Shown in pieces: positions 39,025-48,594 of a DNA stretch of 64,000 nt; position 1 is the first letter of the stretch, and every line of letters begins with the position of its first letter. A program made the translations under genes and the position numbers. The notes under the pieces were generated by a model. The model did no database searches and had not been told where the DNA came from. It was given only the letters and a program-made list of their open reading frames with translations. This DNA comes from Burkholderiales bacterium (GTDB lineage Bacteria; Pseudomonadota; Gammaproteobacteria; Burkholderiales; Ga0077523). The stretch covers positions 328,741 through 392,740 of the forward strand of contig JALHMS010000001.1 of assembly GCA_022843925.1 (NCBI GenBank), written 5' to 3'.

Positions 39025-40101
39025 TCAGTGCGGGAACGGCCACAGTCTGAGCTTCTCCTTTCCGATCTGCCACAGCCGCGCCAGGCCGTGGGGTTCGACG
39101 ATCAGGAAGAAGATGATGAGCGCCCCGAACACCACGAGCTGTGCCATCGAGATGAATCCGGGAGGCAGCGCGATGCCGGTCATCGCCGTGACGTCCGTGA
39201 GGATCACCTCCAGCAGGATGGGCAGGAGCGTGATGAACGCCGCACCGAGGAACGAGCCCAGGATGCTTCCGACGCCGCCGATGATGACCATGAACAGGAT
39301 GCGGAACGACAGATCGAGGTTGAAGCCGTCGGGCTCGACGCTGCCGAGGTAGGCGAATGCGTACAGTGCGCCGGCCACGCCGCAGTAGAAGGAGCTGACC
39401 GCGAACGCGATGAGCTTGGTCTGCATGATGCGGATGCCGATCACCGAGGCGGCGACATCCATGTCCCGCACCGCCATCCACGCGCGGCCGACCCGGCTGC
39501 GCACCATGTTCTTCGCGGCGAGCGCCATGACCGCCACGATCACCAGCACCAGGAGGTACTTCCGCACCGGCGTATCGAACGCGAAGCCGGCGATGACCAC
39601 GGGCTGCGCCGTGATGACCCCCGAGGCGCTGTGGTTCGAGAACCAGCTCACCTTGACCAGCAGCCAGGGAATGAAGAACTGCGCGGCCAGCGTCGCCACC
39701 GCCAGGTAGAAGCCCTTGATGCGCAGGCTGGGCAGACCGAAGAGCACCCCCACCGCGGCGGCGGAGAGACCGCCCAGCATGAACGAGACGAGGATCGGGA
39801 TCCCCGGCACGCGGAGCTGGAAGTTGTAGGCGGCCACCGCACCCACGGCCATGAAGGCAGCGGTACCCAGCGACAACTGGCCCGCGTAGCCGGTGAGGAT
39901 GTTGAGTCCGAGCGTGGCGAGCGAGAACACCAGGAACGGCATCAGGATGGCCGTGAACCAGTAGTCCGTCGCGACCAGCGGCACGCCGACGAGCGCGAAC
40001 GCCAGCAGCGCGAGCACCGCCGCCCGGTCCTGGAGGATCGGGAACAGCTGCTGGTCGGCGGCGTAGCTCGTCTTGAACTGGCCGGATTCGCGGTAGAGCA
40101 T
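39025..40101 (-). CDS. livM: branched-chain-type ABC transporter permease (LivM-like)
   Basis: 358-aa polytopic ORF. GYAGQLSLGTAAFMAVGA is typical of the LivM family. Confidence 0.88.
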   Translation of the reverse strand: MLYRESGQFKTSYAADQQLFPILQDRAAVLALLAFALVGVPLVATDYWFTAILMPFLVFSLATLGLNILTGYAGQLSLGTAAFMAVGAVAAYNFQLRVPGIPILVSFMLGGLSAAAVGVLFGLPSLRIKGFYLAVATLAAQFFIPWLLVKVSWFSNHSASGVITAQPVVIAGFAFDTPVRKYLLVLVIVAVMALAAKNMVRSRVGRAWMAVRDMDVAASVIGIRIMQTKLIAFAVSSFYCGVAGALYAFAYLGSVEPDGFNLDLSFRILFMVIIGGVGSILGSFLGAAFITLLPILLEVILTDVTAMTGIALPPGFISMAQLVVFGALIIFFLIVEPHGLARLWQIGKEKLRLWPFPH

Positions 40102-40139
40102 CGTGGACTCTGGTGGCTAGGTGCTGGTGGCTGGGAAGG

Positions 40140-41075
40140 TCACACGCGATCGATGTGCCGTTCGCCGAACAGGCCCTCGGGCCGGACGAGCAGGAAGACG
40201 AGCGCCAGCATGTAGGCGAACCAGCCCTCGATGCCCGCCAGGTTGATCGAGATGTCGTAGTGCTTCAGCAGGAACTCGCTCATGAGGGCCGGCAGGTAGA
40301 CCTCCGCCAGCTTCTCGGATGCACCGACGATAAGCCCGCCGACGATGGCTCCGAGCACCGATTCGAACCCGCCGAGGATCAGCACCGGCAGGGCCTTCAG
40401 CGCGACGAACGTCAGGGCGAACTGCACGCCGTTGCGCGCGCCCCACAGCAGACCCGCGACGAGCGCGACGAAGCCGGCCACCGACCATACGATCGCCCAG
40501 ATCTGCTTGAGCGGGATCCCCACGGCCAGCGCGGCCTGATGGTCGTCCGCCACCGCTCGGAGCGCGCGACCGATGCGCGTCTTGTTGAAGAACACCGCCA
40601 GCACGGCCACCAGCACGCCCGCGACGAAGGCCGCGGCGAGGTCGAACTTGCTCACCAGCAGGTTGAAGTTCGTCATGATCGATTCGATGGGCTCGTCCTG
40701 CAGGCCCAGGTCGAGGCGGCGCACGTCGGTGCCCCAGACGATCTGGGCGATGCCCTCGAGGAAGAACGCGAGACCGATGGTCGCCATGAAGAGCGTGATC
40801 TGAGGCTGGTTCACCAGGGGCCGCAGCACCACACGCTCGATGCCGATGCCGAGCAGCACCATCACGCCGAGGGTGAGCGGGAACGCGCCCCACAGCGGCA
40901 GTCCGAACTTCTCCTGCAGGCCGACGAACGTGAGCGCGGCGAGGAACACCATCGCGCCCTGCGCGAAGTTGAACACGCCGGACGCCTTGTAGATGAGCAC
41001 GAAGCCCAGCGCCACGAGGGAGTACATCACGCCCGCGAGCAACCCGCCGATCAGCACTTCGAAGAAGAAGTTCAT
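40140..41075 (-). CDS. livH: branched-chain-type ABC transporter permease (LivH-like)
   Basis: In-frame Met at 41075 (MNFFFEVLIGGLLAGVMYSLVALGFVLIYKASGVFNFAQG), the classic LivH N-terminus. Confidence 0.88.
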   Translation of the reverse strand: MNFFFEVLIGGLLAGVMYSLVALGFVLIYKASGVFNFAQGAMVFLAALTFVGLQEKFGLPLWGAFPLTLGVMVLLGIGIERVVLRPLVNQPQITLFMATIGLAFFLEGIAQIVWGTDVRRLDLGLQDEPIESIMTNFNLLVSKFDLAAAFVAGVLVAVLAVFFNKTRIGRALRAVADDHQAALAVGIPLKQIWAIVWSVAGFVALVAGLLWGARNGVQFALTFVALKALPVLILGGFESVLGAIVGGLIVGASEKLAEVYLPALMSEFLLKHYDISINLAGIEGWFAYMLALVFLLVRPEGLFGERHIDRV

Positions 41076-41077
41076 GG

Positions 41078-41896
41078 TCAGTGCGCCACCCCGAGGTAGG
41101 CGTCGATGACCGCCTGGTTGCCGCGCACCTCGTCCGGCGTGCCGTCGCCGATCTTCTTGCCGTAGTCGAGCACCACGACGCGGTCCGAGATGTCCATCAC
41201 CACGCCCATGTCGTGCTCGATGAGGACGATGGTCGTGCCGAACTCGTCGTTCACATCGAGGATGAAGCGGCACATGTCCTGTTTCTCCTCCATGTTCATG
41301 CCCGCCATGGGTTCGTCGAGCAGCAGCAGGCGCGGTTCCGCGGCCAGCGCCCGGCCCAGTTCCACGCGCTTCTGCACGCCGTAGGGCAGGCGCCCGACCG
41401 GGGTCTTGCGCACGGATTCGATCTGCAGGAAGTCGATGATGTGCTCCACCTTCTCGCGGTGTTCGAGTTCCTCGCGGCGGTTGGGGCCCACGTAGAGCGC
41501 CTGCAGAAGCAGGTTGGACGACATCTTCAGATTGCGGCCGGTCATGATGTTGTCCAGCACGCTCATCCCCTTGAAGAGGGCGATGTTCTGGAACGTGCGC
41601 GCGATGCCCATCGAGGCGGCCTTGTGCGGGTCCATGCGACGGAAGCTCTGGCCGTCGAGCCGGATCACGCCCTGCTGGGGCCGGTAGACGCCGTTGATGC
41701 AGTTCAGCATCGAGCTCTTGCCCGCGCCGTTGGGGCCGATGATCGCGCGGATCTCGCGGGCCCGGACGTCGAAGCTGATGTCGGTGAGTGCCTTCACGCC
41801 GCCGAAGGCGAGCGAGATGTTCTCCACCGAAAGCACGGTGTCGCCGATGCGGCGCGCGGGGTTGTGGGCGTGCACTTCATCCGTGCTCATGCTCAT
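41078..41896 (-). CDS. livG: branched-chain-type ABC transporter ATP-binding protein (LivG-like)
   Basis: In-frame Met at 41896. Walker A GPNGAGKSS, Walker B LLLLDEPMAG, and LivG-type insertion RNLKMSSNLLLQALY. The start overlaps the upstream stop by 4 nt. Confidence 0.88.
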   Translation of the reverse strand: MSMSTDEVHAHNPARRIGDTVLSVENISLAFGGVKALTDISFDVRAREIRAIIGPNGAGKSSMLNCINGVYRPQQGVIRLDGQSFRRMDPHKAASMGIARTFQNIALFKGMSVLDNIMTGRNLKMSSNLLLQALYVGPNRREELEHREKVEHIIDFLQIESVRKTPVGRLPYGVQKRVELGRALAAEPRLLLLDEPMAGMNMEEKQDMCRFILDVNDEFGTTIVLIEHDMGVVMDISDRVVVLDYGKKIGDGTPDEVRGNQAVIDAYLGVAH

Positions 41897-43866
41897 GCAG
41901 CCTTCGCCCCCACCGGTGCGAACGTCTTCGCGTCCGCGATGCGCAGATCGGCCCGGATGGTTCCGGTGCGGCCGTCCTCGAACTTCACCTGGGCTTCGAT
42001 CTCGCAGTGGTCGGCGGCTTCGTACAGGGCTTCCACGAGCCTTGCGTACTTCTCCGCGATGAAGCCCCGACGGACCTTGCGGGTGCGGGTGAGTTCGCCG
42101 TCGTCCGCGTCGAGTTCCTTGTGCAGGACCAGGAAGCGGTGGACCTGCGAGCCGGACAGCTTCGCCTCCGCGGAGAGATCGCGGTTCACCGTCTCGATGC
42201 ACTCGGCGACCAGGGCGTAGACCTCGGGCCTCTGCGCGAGATCGGTATAGCCGGAGTACGCGATGCCGCGCCGCTCGGCCCAGTTGCCGACGGAACCGAG
42301 ATCGATGTTCACGAACACGCAGCAGCGCTCACGGCCGTCGCCGAATGCGACGACCTCCTTGATGTGCGGGAAGAACTTCAGCTTGTTCTCGATGTACTGC
42401 GGCGCGAACATCGATCCGTCGAGCAGCCGGCCGACGTCCTTCGCGCGGTCGATGATCCGCAGATGGCCGTCCTCGCCCAGGAAGCCCGCGTCGCCCGTCT
42501 TGAACCAGCCGTCCTCCGTGATGGATTCGGCGGTGGCGTCGGGGCGCTGGTAGTACTCCTTCAGCATGCCCGGCGTCTTCACCTGCACCTCGCCGGTGTC
42601 GGCCACGCGGATCTGCACGCCCGGCAGCGGCTTGCCCACGGTGTCGAGCTTGACCTCGCCGTCCGGCTGTTTGCAGACGTAGACCGCGGTCTCGGTCTGT
42701 CCGTAGAGCTGCTTCAGGTTGACGCCGATGGACCGGTAGAAATCGAAGAGATCGGGGCCGATCGCCGCGCCGCCGGTGTACGCCACGCGGATTCGCGACA
42801 TGCCGAGCACGTTGCGGAGCGGTCCGTAGATCACGAGGTCGCCCAGCGCGTAGCTCAGGCGATCCGCGAGGCTGACCTCGCCCCTGCGGCCGTCCATGAT
42901 CCGCGCGCCGCAGCGGCGGGCCACCGCCAGGAAGTGGTGGAAGAGGCGCTGCTTGATCGGGGCGGCGTCCTCCATGCGGATCATCACCTGCGTCAGCAGG
43001 TTCTCGAACACCCGTGGCGGCGCGAAGTAGTACGTCGGGCCGATCTCGCGGAGGTCCGTCATCACCGTCTCGCTCGACTCGGGGCAGTTCACGCAGAACC
43101 CCGCCACCAGCGCCTGCGCGTACGAGAAGAGATGATCCCCCACCCAGGCCATGGGCAGGTACGACAGGATCTCGTCGTTCTCGTCGAAGCCGTCGAACCC
43201 GACGTCGCCGCGGGCCACGGCCACCAGCGCCGCGTGCGTCTGGCACACGCCCTTCGGGTGTCCGGTCGTGCCCGACGTGTAGAGCATGACCGCGGTGTCG
43301 TCGGGGCTGCCCTTGTCGACTTCCGCCTCGTAGAAGCCCGGGTGCGCATCGAGGTGTGCCCGGCCGCGCGTCACGAGGTCGTCGAACGAGACGAGCAGCT
43401 TCTCGGGGTAGTTGCGCATGCCGCGCGGGTCGTCGTAGACGATGGCCTTGAGGCGCGGATAGGTGGGCAGGATCTCCAGCAGCTTGTCGACCTGCTCCTG
43501 GTCTTCCACCACCGCGATCTCGATGCCCGCGTTGTCGAGCACGAACTGCATCTCGGAGGCGACCGCATCCTGGTACAGCGGCACCGGGATGCCGCCGAGC
43601 GCCTGCGTCGCGGTCATCGTCCAGTAGAGGCGGGGCCGGTTGTCGCCGATGACGGCCACCGTGCTGCCGCGTCCGACGCCCAGAGTGGCGAGCCCGCCAG
43701 CGATCGCGCGGACCTCGTCGTGCACCTGCGCCCAGGTCCACGACAGCCAGATGCCGAGGTCCTTCTCCCGGATGGCCGTGCGCCCGGCGCGCAGCCGCGC
43801 ATGCGCGGCGAGCAGCCGGGGGAACGTCGTGTCGTCGCGGGGCGAGCCCGCGCCATCCTGGGCCAA
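41893..43866 (-). CDS. AMP-dependent acyl-CoA synthetase (long-chain-fatty-acid-CoA-ligase-like)
   Basis: Canonical motifs MLYTSGTTGHPKGV, YGQTE, FKTGDAG, IIDRAKD. I propose a TTG start at 43866 preceded by AGGAGG (caggaggagcatctcTTG). The longer track ORF upstream is junk-like. Confidence 0.83.
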   Translation of the reverse strand: MAQDGAGSPRDDTTFPRLLAAHARLRAGRTAIREKDLGIWLSWTWAQVHDEVRAIAGGLATLGVGRGSTVAVIGDNRPRLYWTMTATQALGGIPVPLYQDAVASEMQFVLDNAGIEIAVVEDQEQVDKLLEILPTYPRLKAIVYDDPRGMRNYPEKLLVSFDDLVTRGRAHLDAHPGFYEAEVDKGSPDDTAVMLYTSGTTGHPKGVCQTHAALVAVARGDVGFDGFDENDEILSYLPMAWVGDHLFSYAQALVAGFCVNCPESSETVMTDLREIGPTYYFAPPRVFENLLTQVMIRMEDAAPIKQRLFHHFLAVARRCGARIMDGRRGEVSLADRLSYALGDLVIYGPLRNVLGMSRIRVAYTGGAAIGPDLFDFYRSIGVNLKQLYGQTETAVYVCKQPDGEVKLDTVGKPLPGVQIRVADTGEVQVKTPGMLKEYYQRPDATAESITEDGWFKTGDAGFLGEDGHLRIIDRAKDVGRLLDGSMFAPQYIENKLKFFPHIKEVVAFGDGRERCCVFVNIDLGSVGNWAERRGIAYSGYTDLAQRPEVYALVAECIETVNRDLSAEAKLSGSQVHRFLVLHKELDADDGELTRTRKVRRGFIAEKYARLVEALYEAADHCEIEAQVKFEDGRTGTIRADLRIADAKTFAPVGAKAA

Positions 43867-43939
43867 GAGATGCTCCTCCTGTTCTTGTGGTCGTCGTCCC
43901 GGAGGACGAGCCGCGGAGGGTAACAGAGGGATTCCCCGG

Positions 43940-43965
43940 CCGGTTGTCAACGGAGCGACAATTGG
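43940..43965. promoter_or_regulatory. palindromic operator candidate in the divergent promoter region
   Basis: CCGGTTGTC-aacggagc-GACAATTGG. The core TTGTC-N8-GACAA is perfect (43944-43961). It lies between the acyl-CoA synthetase/ABC operon and the Crp/Fnr-family gene. Confidence 0.35.
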
Positions 43966-43987
43966 CGCCTCGAAAAAGCACCCGCCG

Positions 43988-44662
43988 ATGAATCTCTCCG
44001 ACAGCCTCCGCCTCCACGCCCGCTGGAGCGTCGATCTCGACGCGGCCCAGCATGCGCGCGTCGTCGCGGATCTCGCGGTGCAGCATGTCGCCGCCGGCGA
44101 GCCGTTCTGCCGGAAGGGTGAGGACGTCGATGCCTGGATCGGCGTGATGGCGGGCCTCGTGAAGCTGTCGAGTTCCCTGCCCGACGGACGGACGATGACG
44201 TTCACCGGCGTGCCCCCCGGTGGCTGGTTCGGCGAGGGCTCGCTGCTGAAGCGCGAGCCGCGGAAGTACGAGGCGGTCGCCCTGCGCGATTCGACCGTGG
44301 CCCGGTTGCCGCGCCCGACCTTCGAATGGCTGCTCGGTACGAGCATCCCGTTCAACCGGTTCCTGCTGCTGCAGCTGAACGAAAGGCTGTCCCAGTTCAT
44401 CGGCCTGGTCGAGTACGAGCGGCTGCTCGACCCCGACGCGAAGCTCGCCCGCGCGATCGCGGACCTCTTCAATCCGATCCTGTATCCCGGAAACGGCCCC
44501 CGGTTGGAGATCTCCCAGGCCGAACTGGCGCTGCTGGGCGGGGTGTCGCGTCAGCGGGCGAACCAGTCGCTGCGCCGGCTCGAGCAGGCCGGACTGCTCG
44601 CCGTGGAGTACGCCGCGATCCGGGTGCTCGATCTCGACGGGCTGCGGAGATTCGGCGGGTAG
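43988..44662 (+). CDS. Crp/Fnr-family transcriptional regulator
   Basis: ATG at 43988 (MNLSDSLRLHARW). cNMP-binding-like beta-roll (GWFGEGSLL) and C-terminal HTH ISQAELALLGGVSRQRANQSLRRLEQAG. No FNR-type N-terminal Cys cluster. Confidence 0.85.
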   Translation: MNLSDSLRLHARWSVDLDAAQHARVVADLAVQHVAAGEPFCRKGEDVDAWIGVMAGLVKLSSSLPDGRTMTFTGVPPGGWFGEGSLLKREPRKYEAVALRDSTVARLPRPTFEWLLGTSIPFNRFLLLQLNERLSQFIGLVEYERLLDPDAKLARAIADLFNPILYPGNGPRLEISQAELALLGGVSRQRANQSLRRLEQAGLLAVEYAAIRVLDLDGLRRFGG

Positions 44663-44675
44663 GCGCCGGTCGGGC

Positions 44676-46376
44676 TCAGCCCGCGAGAAACGGCGCGATG
44701 CGCGCCCGCAGGTCTTCCAGGCGGAAGGGTTTCGCCAGATGGTCGTCCATGCCGGCGGCGAGCGAGCGGTCACGGTCGTCGCGGAAGGCGTTGGCGGTCA
44801 CGGCCACGATCGGGATCCGGGGCCAGCCGCGCGTCGCTTCCTCCTCGCGGATGCGTCGCGTCGCCTCGAAGCCGTCCATCTCGGGCATGTGGCAGTCCAT
44901 CAGCACGATCGCCGGGACGTCCGCCAGATAGCTGGTCACGGCCCGGGCGCCGTCGGTGACGACGGTGACGTCGAGACCCAGGCGTTGCAGCATGCCCTTG
45001 GCCACCAGCACGTTCACCGGGTTGTCGTCCGCGAGCAGGACCCGGCCGGCGAGCGCCGCCGGTGCGGGCGCGTCGGCAGCCGCGGACGGGGCGACCGGGG
45101 CATCGCAGGGCTGCCACGGGATCTCGAACGTGAACGTGGATCCCTCGCCCGGGGTGCTCGCGCAGCGCAGGTCCCCGCCCATCGCCCGCGCCAGCTCCCG
45201 CGAGATCGTGAGCCCGAGCCCCGTGCCCGCGAAGCGTCGCGAGAACGAGCTGTCCGCCTGCTGGAACGGGTCGAAGATCCGCGCGGCGTCCTCGGGCGAG
45301 ATGCCGATGCCCGTGTCGCGCACGGCGAACTGCAGCCGGTCTCCGGTCACCGTGGCGGTCACGTCGACACCGCCGCGCTCCGTGAACTTCACGGCGTTGC
45401 CGATCAGGTTGATGAGGACCTGCCGCACGCGCGCGGGATCCCCTTGCACCCACCGCCGATCGGGGAGGTCGATGGCGAGATGCAGAGCGAGCGCCTTCGA
45501 GGCGGCGGTCGACATGTTGAGTTCCACCGCCTCGTGCAGCACCCCCGTCACTTCGAACGGGATGCACTGGACTTCCAGGCGTCCGGCCTCCAGGCGCGAG
45601 AAGTCGAGCACGTCGTTGATGAGGCCGAGCAGGTGTTCGCCCGCCCGCTCGACGAGATCGAGCTGCGGCCCGCGATCGGCGCCGACCGGGGCATCGCGCA
45701 GCAGTCGCAGCGTGCCGAGCATCCCGTGCAGCGGTGTGCGCATCTCGTGGCTCATGGTCGCGAGGAACTGGCTCTTCACGGCGCTCTGCCGCTTGGCGAG
45801 CGCGAGCGCATCGGCGCGCTGCTCCGCGACCTGATCCATGGTGAACCGCAGCCTGAGCATCTCGGTCGTGGCGGCGGCGGCGCGCCGGGCGTCGAAGAGC
45901 ACCACCCCGAGATACATCACCAGGCCGATGCCGGCGAACTGGCTCACGGTGGTTCCTCCGCCGAACTGCGAGACGGCGGCAGGCAGGAGCAGGCACAGCG
46001 CGAATATCGCGTTCGCCCGAAGGTCACAGGCGAGGGCGATGGCGCCCACGGCGGCGGCCGCGATGATGCAGGCCGCCATCACCGCGGTGAGGTCGACCCG
46101 GTCGAACGGTGCGAACCAGAAGGCCAGCAGACTCCAGATCACGGCGTCGATCGCGAGCAGCACGGCGTAGCGGTTCGTCCAGTAGCGGGCACCGAGTTCG
46201 TGGCCGCGATGGTTGTAGGCCGCGTGCAGCACGGCGCGCAGGCCGATGCTCAGCAGCTTCATCACCACCCAGGTCACCAGCAACCGGTGGTCGGCATCGT
46301 TCCAGAGGAACCAGGCGATCAGGAAGGCGAACGGGGCGCCCATCAGCGTGGGTGCGAGGTTGCGGTCGTAGAGCAT
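44676..46376 (-). CDS. hybrid sensor histidine kinase / response regulator with a multi-TM N-terminal sensor
   Basis: About 6 TM helices, then H-box ATMSHEMRTPLHG, NLIGNAVKFT, DTGIGI, GTGLGL. C-terminal receiver LLADDNPVN...DCHMPEMDG...KP. ATG at 46376; alternative TTG at 46508 overlaps the MCP stop (TTGA). Confidence 0.85.
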   Translation of the reverse strand: MLYDRNLAPTLMGAPFAFLIAWFLWNDADHRLLVTWVVMKLLSIGLRAVLHAAYNHRGHELGARYWTNRYAVLLAIDAVIWSLLAFWFAPFDRVDLTAVMAACIIAAAAVGAIALACDLRANAIFALCLLLPAAVSQFGGGTTVSQFAGIGLVMYLGVVLFDARRAAAATTEMLRLRFTMDQVAEQRADALALAKRQSAVKSQFLATMSHEMRTPLHGMLGTLRLLRDAPVGADRGPQLDLVERAGEHLLGLINDVLDFSRLEAGRLEVQCIPFEVTGVLHEAVELNMSTAASKALALHLAIDLPDRRWVQGDPARVRQVLINLIGNAVKFTERGGVDVTATVTGDRLQFAVRDTGIGISPEDAARIFDPFQQADSSFSRRFAGTGLGLTISRELARAMGGDLRCASTPGEGSTFTFEIPWQPCDAPVAPSAAADAPAPAALAGRVLLADDNPVNVLVAKGMLQRLGLDVTVVTDGARAVTSYLADVPAIVLMDCHMPEMDGFEATRRIREEEATRGWPRIPIVAVTANAFRDDRDRSLAAGMDDHLAKPFRLEDLRARIAPFLAG

Positions 46377-46504
46377 CCGCACCCGCGCGTCGTTGACGAG
46401 CGTGTCGAGATCCGTGGTGGTGATGCCGCGGGCCGGCGCCGTGGCGTTCCCGCCACCCTCCCCTACGCCGCCGGGGAGGCTTCCGGTGTCGCGGTCGGGA
46501 AGTG

Positions 46505-48385
46505 TCAAAGCTGGAACCGGCCGATGGTCCGTTGCAGGTGCGAGGCACGATCGTTGATCGCGCGGAGGGCGGCGTCGGCTTCCTGCACGGACCGCGCACC
46601 GGACCGGATCAGTGCATTGACGTGTCCCGCCTGCTCGGCGACCTGGCTCGTCGCGCCGGCCTGCGCTGCCATGGTCGACGACACCGCGTTCATGTGCCCC
46701 GACACAGCGCTCATGTCCTCCCGGATCGACAGGATCTCGCGCATGGCCGTCTCCGACAGCCGCACGCCGTCGGCCACGATGTGCTGGGCCTGCTCTATAC
46801 CGCTCACGGCGCCGGTCATCTCCTTGCGGATCCACTCGATGCGACCGCCGATGTCGATGGTGGCGGACGACGTGCGCTCGGCGAGCTTGCGCACTTCGTC
46901 GGCCACGACGGCGAAGCCGCGGCCCTGCTCGCCCGCCCGCGCGGCCTCGATGGCGGCGTTCAGCGCGAGGAGGTTGGTCTGGTCGGCGATGTCCTTGATC
47001 ACGCCCACGATGCCGGCGATCTCGTTCGAGCGTCCGTCCAGCCCCGACATCACGCCGGCGAGGGCCGACACGGTCTGGGCGATGCGCGACACTTCCTCCG
47101 AGACGCGCTGCACGGCGTCCGTGCTGCGTTCCGACGCGGCGTCGGCATCGCGGACGCGGGCGTCCGCCGCCTGGATGGCCTGTGTCGCGTCCCCGACCTC
47201 GGCGCTGACCTGCCGGATCGTCGCTTCGGTGGCCGACAACTCCTCGGACTGCTGTCCGGATTCGGCGGCGATGCGCGACGTGGTGTTCGCGAGCTGGTCG
47301 ACGGCCTCGACCACATGGCCGGTCTCGTCGCGGAAACCCTTGAACATCTCGCGGAGGCGGTCCAGGAACCGGTTGAAGGCCCGCGCCGTCTCGCCCACTT
47401 CGTCGTCCGCCACGATGGGCAGTCGCCGGGTCAGATCGGCCTCGCCGCTGGCGATGCCGAGCATGGCGGCGCGCAGGGCGCGCAGGCCGCCCAGCAGGCG
47501 GCTCGCGCCGAAGGCCACGAGCCCGATGGTGATCACCGTCACGCCGACGGTCGTCGCGATGAGCGAGAGGAGCAGGGTGCGCAGGGCGCCCAGGAAGGCT
47601 TCGCGATCGACCGCGAAACCCAGGTACCAGTCGGTGCCCGTCACCGGGCGTACGTAGAGCCACCGTGGCTTGCCGTCCACGGTCGCCTCCGTCAGTCCGT
47701 CGGCGGTGCCGAGCGCCTGCAGCCGCTCGGGTGTGAGTACCGGGATCTCGTCGGTGATCGGCTTGAGCACCCGTTCGGCATTGCGATGGGCGATCACGCT
47801 GCCGTCCCGGGCGACCAGGAACGCATGGCTGTCACCGGCAAGCTTCACTGCCAGCACCTTCTCCACGATGTAGTCGAGCGGGATGTTCGCGGCGAGCATC
47901 GCGGTGGCCGTGCCGTTCGAGAAGACCGGACCGGCGATGGTCGTCACGAGCTTCTGGTCCCGGGTGCTCACGTAGGGCGGGCTGAACGTCGTGGCACGGT
48001 TGTCCGCGGCGGCCTTCCACCAGGGACGCGCCGTCGGATCGAATCCGGCCGGTGGTGCGCTGCCGTCGAAGAAGACGATCCGCTTGTCGGCGGCGAAGGC
48101 GACGGAGCCCGTGCTGAATCCGCCGGCTTCCTTCAGGCGCAACGCGAGCCGCTGGGGATTCTCGGTGGCGATCTCGCCGATCATGGATTCGACCAGCCGC
48201 TTGCGGCTGCCCATGAACTCGGCGATGAAGGCTGCCTGGCCCTCGGCCCTCGCGAGGATCTCCCGGTCCACCGCCGCGAGGCTTTCGCTGCGCATCTGCA
48301 GGTAGGCGAGCGCCGCAAGCAGGGCCGATGCGACGGCCACCAGCAGAGTGACGAGGACGATCAGCTTGGTCGAGAGTGATTTCAT
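46505..48385 (-). CDS. methyl-accepting chemotaxis protein with Cache-type periplasmic sensor
   Basis: 626 aa with TM1, a Cache-like region ([12 protein letters not shown]...[20 protein letters not shown]), TM2 and HAMP. Signalling tip [40 protein letters not shown]. Confidence 0.9.
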   Translation of the reverse strand: MKSLSTKLIVLVTLLVAVASALLAALAYLQMRSESLAAVDREILARAEGQAAFIAEFMGSRKRLVESMIGEIATENPQRLALRLKEAGGFSTGSVAFAADKRIVFFDGSAPPAGFDPTARPWWKAAADNRATTFSPPYVSTRDQKLVTTIAGPVFSNGTATAMLAANIPLDYIVEKVLAVKLAGDSHAFLVARDGSVIAHRNAERVLKPITDEIPVLTPERLQALGTADGLTEATVDGKPRWLYVRPVTGTDWYLGFAVDREAFLGALRTLLLSLIATTVGVTVITIGLVAFGASRLLGGLRALRAAMLGIASGEADLTRRLPIVADDEVGETARAFNRFLDRLREMFKGFRDETGHVVEAVDQLANTTSRIAAESGQQSEELSATEATIRQVSAEVGDATQAIQAADARVRDADAASERSTDAVQRVSEEVSRIAQTVSALAGVMSGLDGRSNEIAGIVGVIKDIADQTNLLALNAAIEAARAGEQGRGFAVVADEVRKLAERTSSATIDIGGRIEWIRKEMTGAVSGIEQAQHIVADGVRLSETAMREILSIREDMSAVSGHMNAVSSTMAAQAGATSQVAEQAGHVNALIRSGARSVQEADAALRAINDRASHLQRTIGRFQL

Positions 48386-48526
48386 TCGGGCGCCGGCAGA
48401 TGGGTGATCGGGGTCCGCCTCGGGGCACGGGCTGGGCCGGCCCGCGGACGAGGCGAAGGACGTCCCTCTTACGGTCGCCGGGGAGGGCGACTTGAACGCC
48501 GATCGCGGTGCGGTCCGGAAACGAAG

Positions 48527-48548
48527 CGGGGCACCGGAGGGTGCCCCG
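48527..48548 (-). terminator. candidate intrinsic terminator after the hbd-like gene
   Basis: On the minus strand CGGGGCACC-ctcc-GGTGCCCCG (9-bp stem) is followed by cttcgtttcc. It lies 47 nt downstream of the stop at 48595. Confidence 0.45.
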
Positions 48549-48594
48549 CCAGGGGATGGCAGCGGATGCCAGCGCCGCCCGAGCGCGCGCCGGA

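Noticed and set aside
43961-43980. Possible sigma-54 promoter TGGCGCCTCGAAAAAGCA upstream of the Crp-like gene
   Set aside because: The GG-to-GC spacing is two nucleotides too long for the -24/-12 consensus, and the -12 element lacks TTGC.
44676-47663. 995-aa ORF suggesting a much larger kinase
   Set aside because: The N-terminal portion of about 385-430 aa, depending on which kinase start (46508 or 46376) is correct, overlaps the MCP gene in a different frame and has junk composition. The kinase begins at 46376, or at most at the TTG at 46508.
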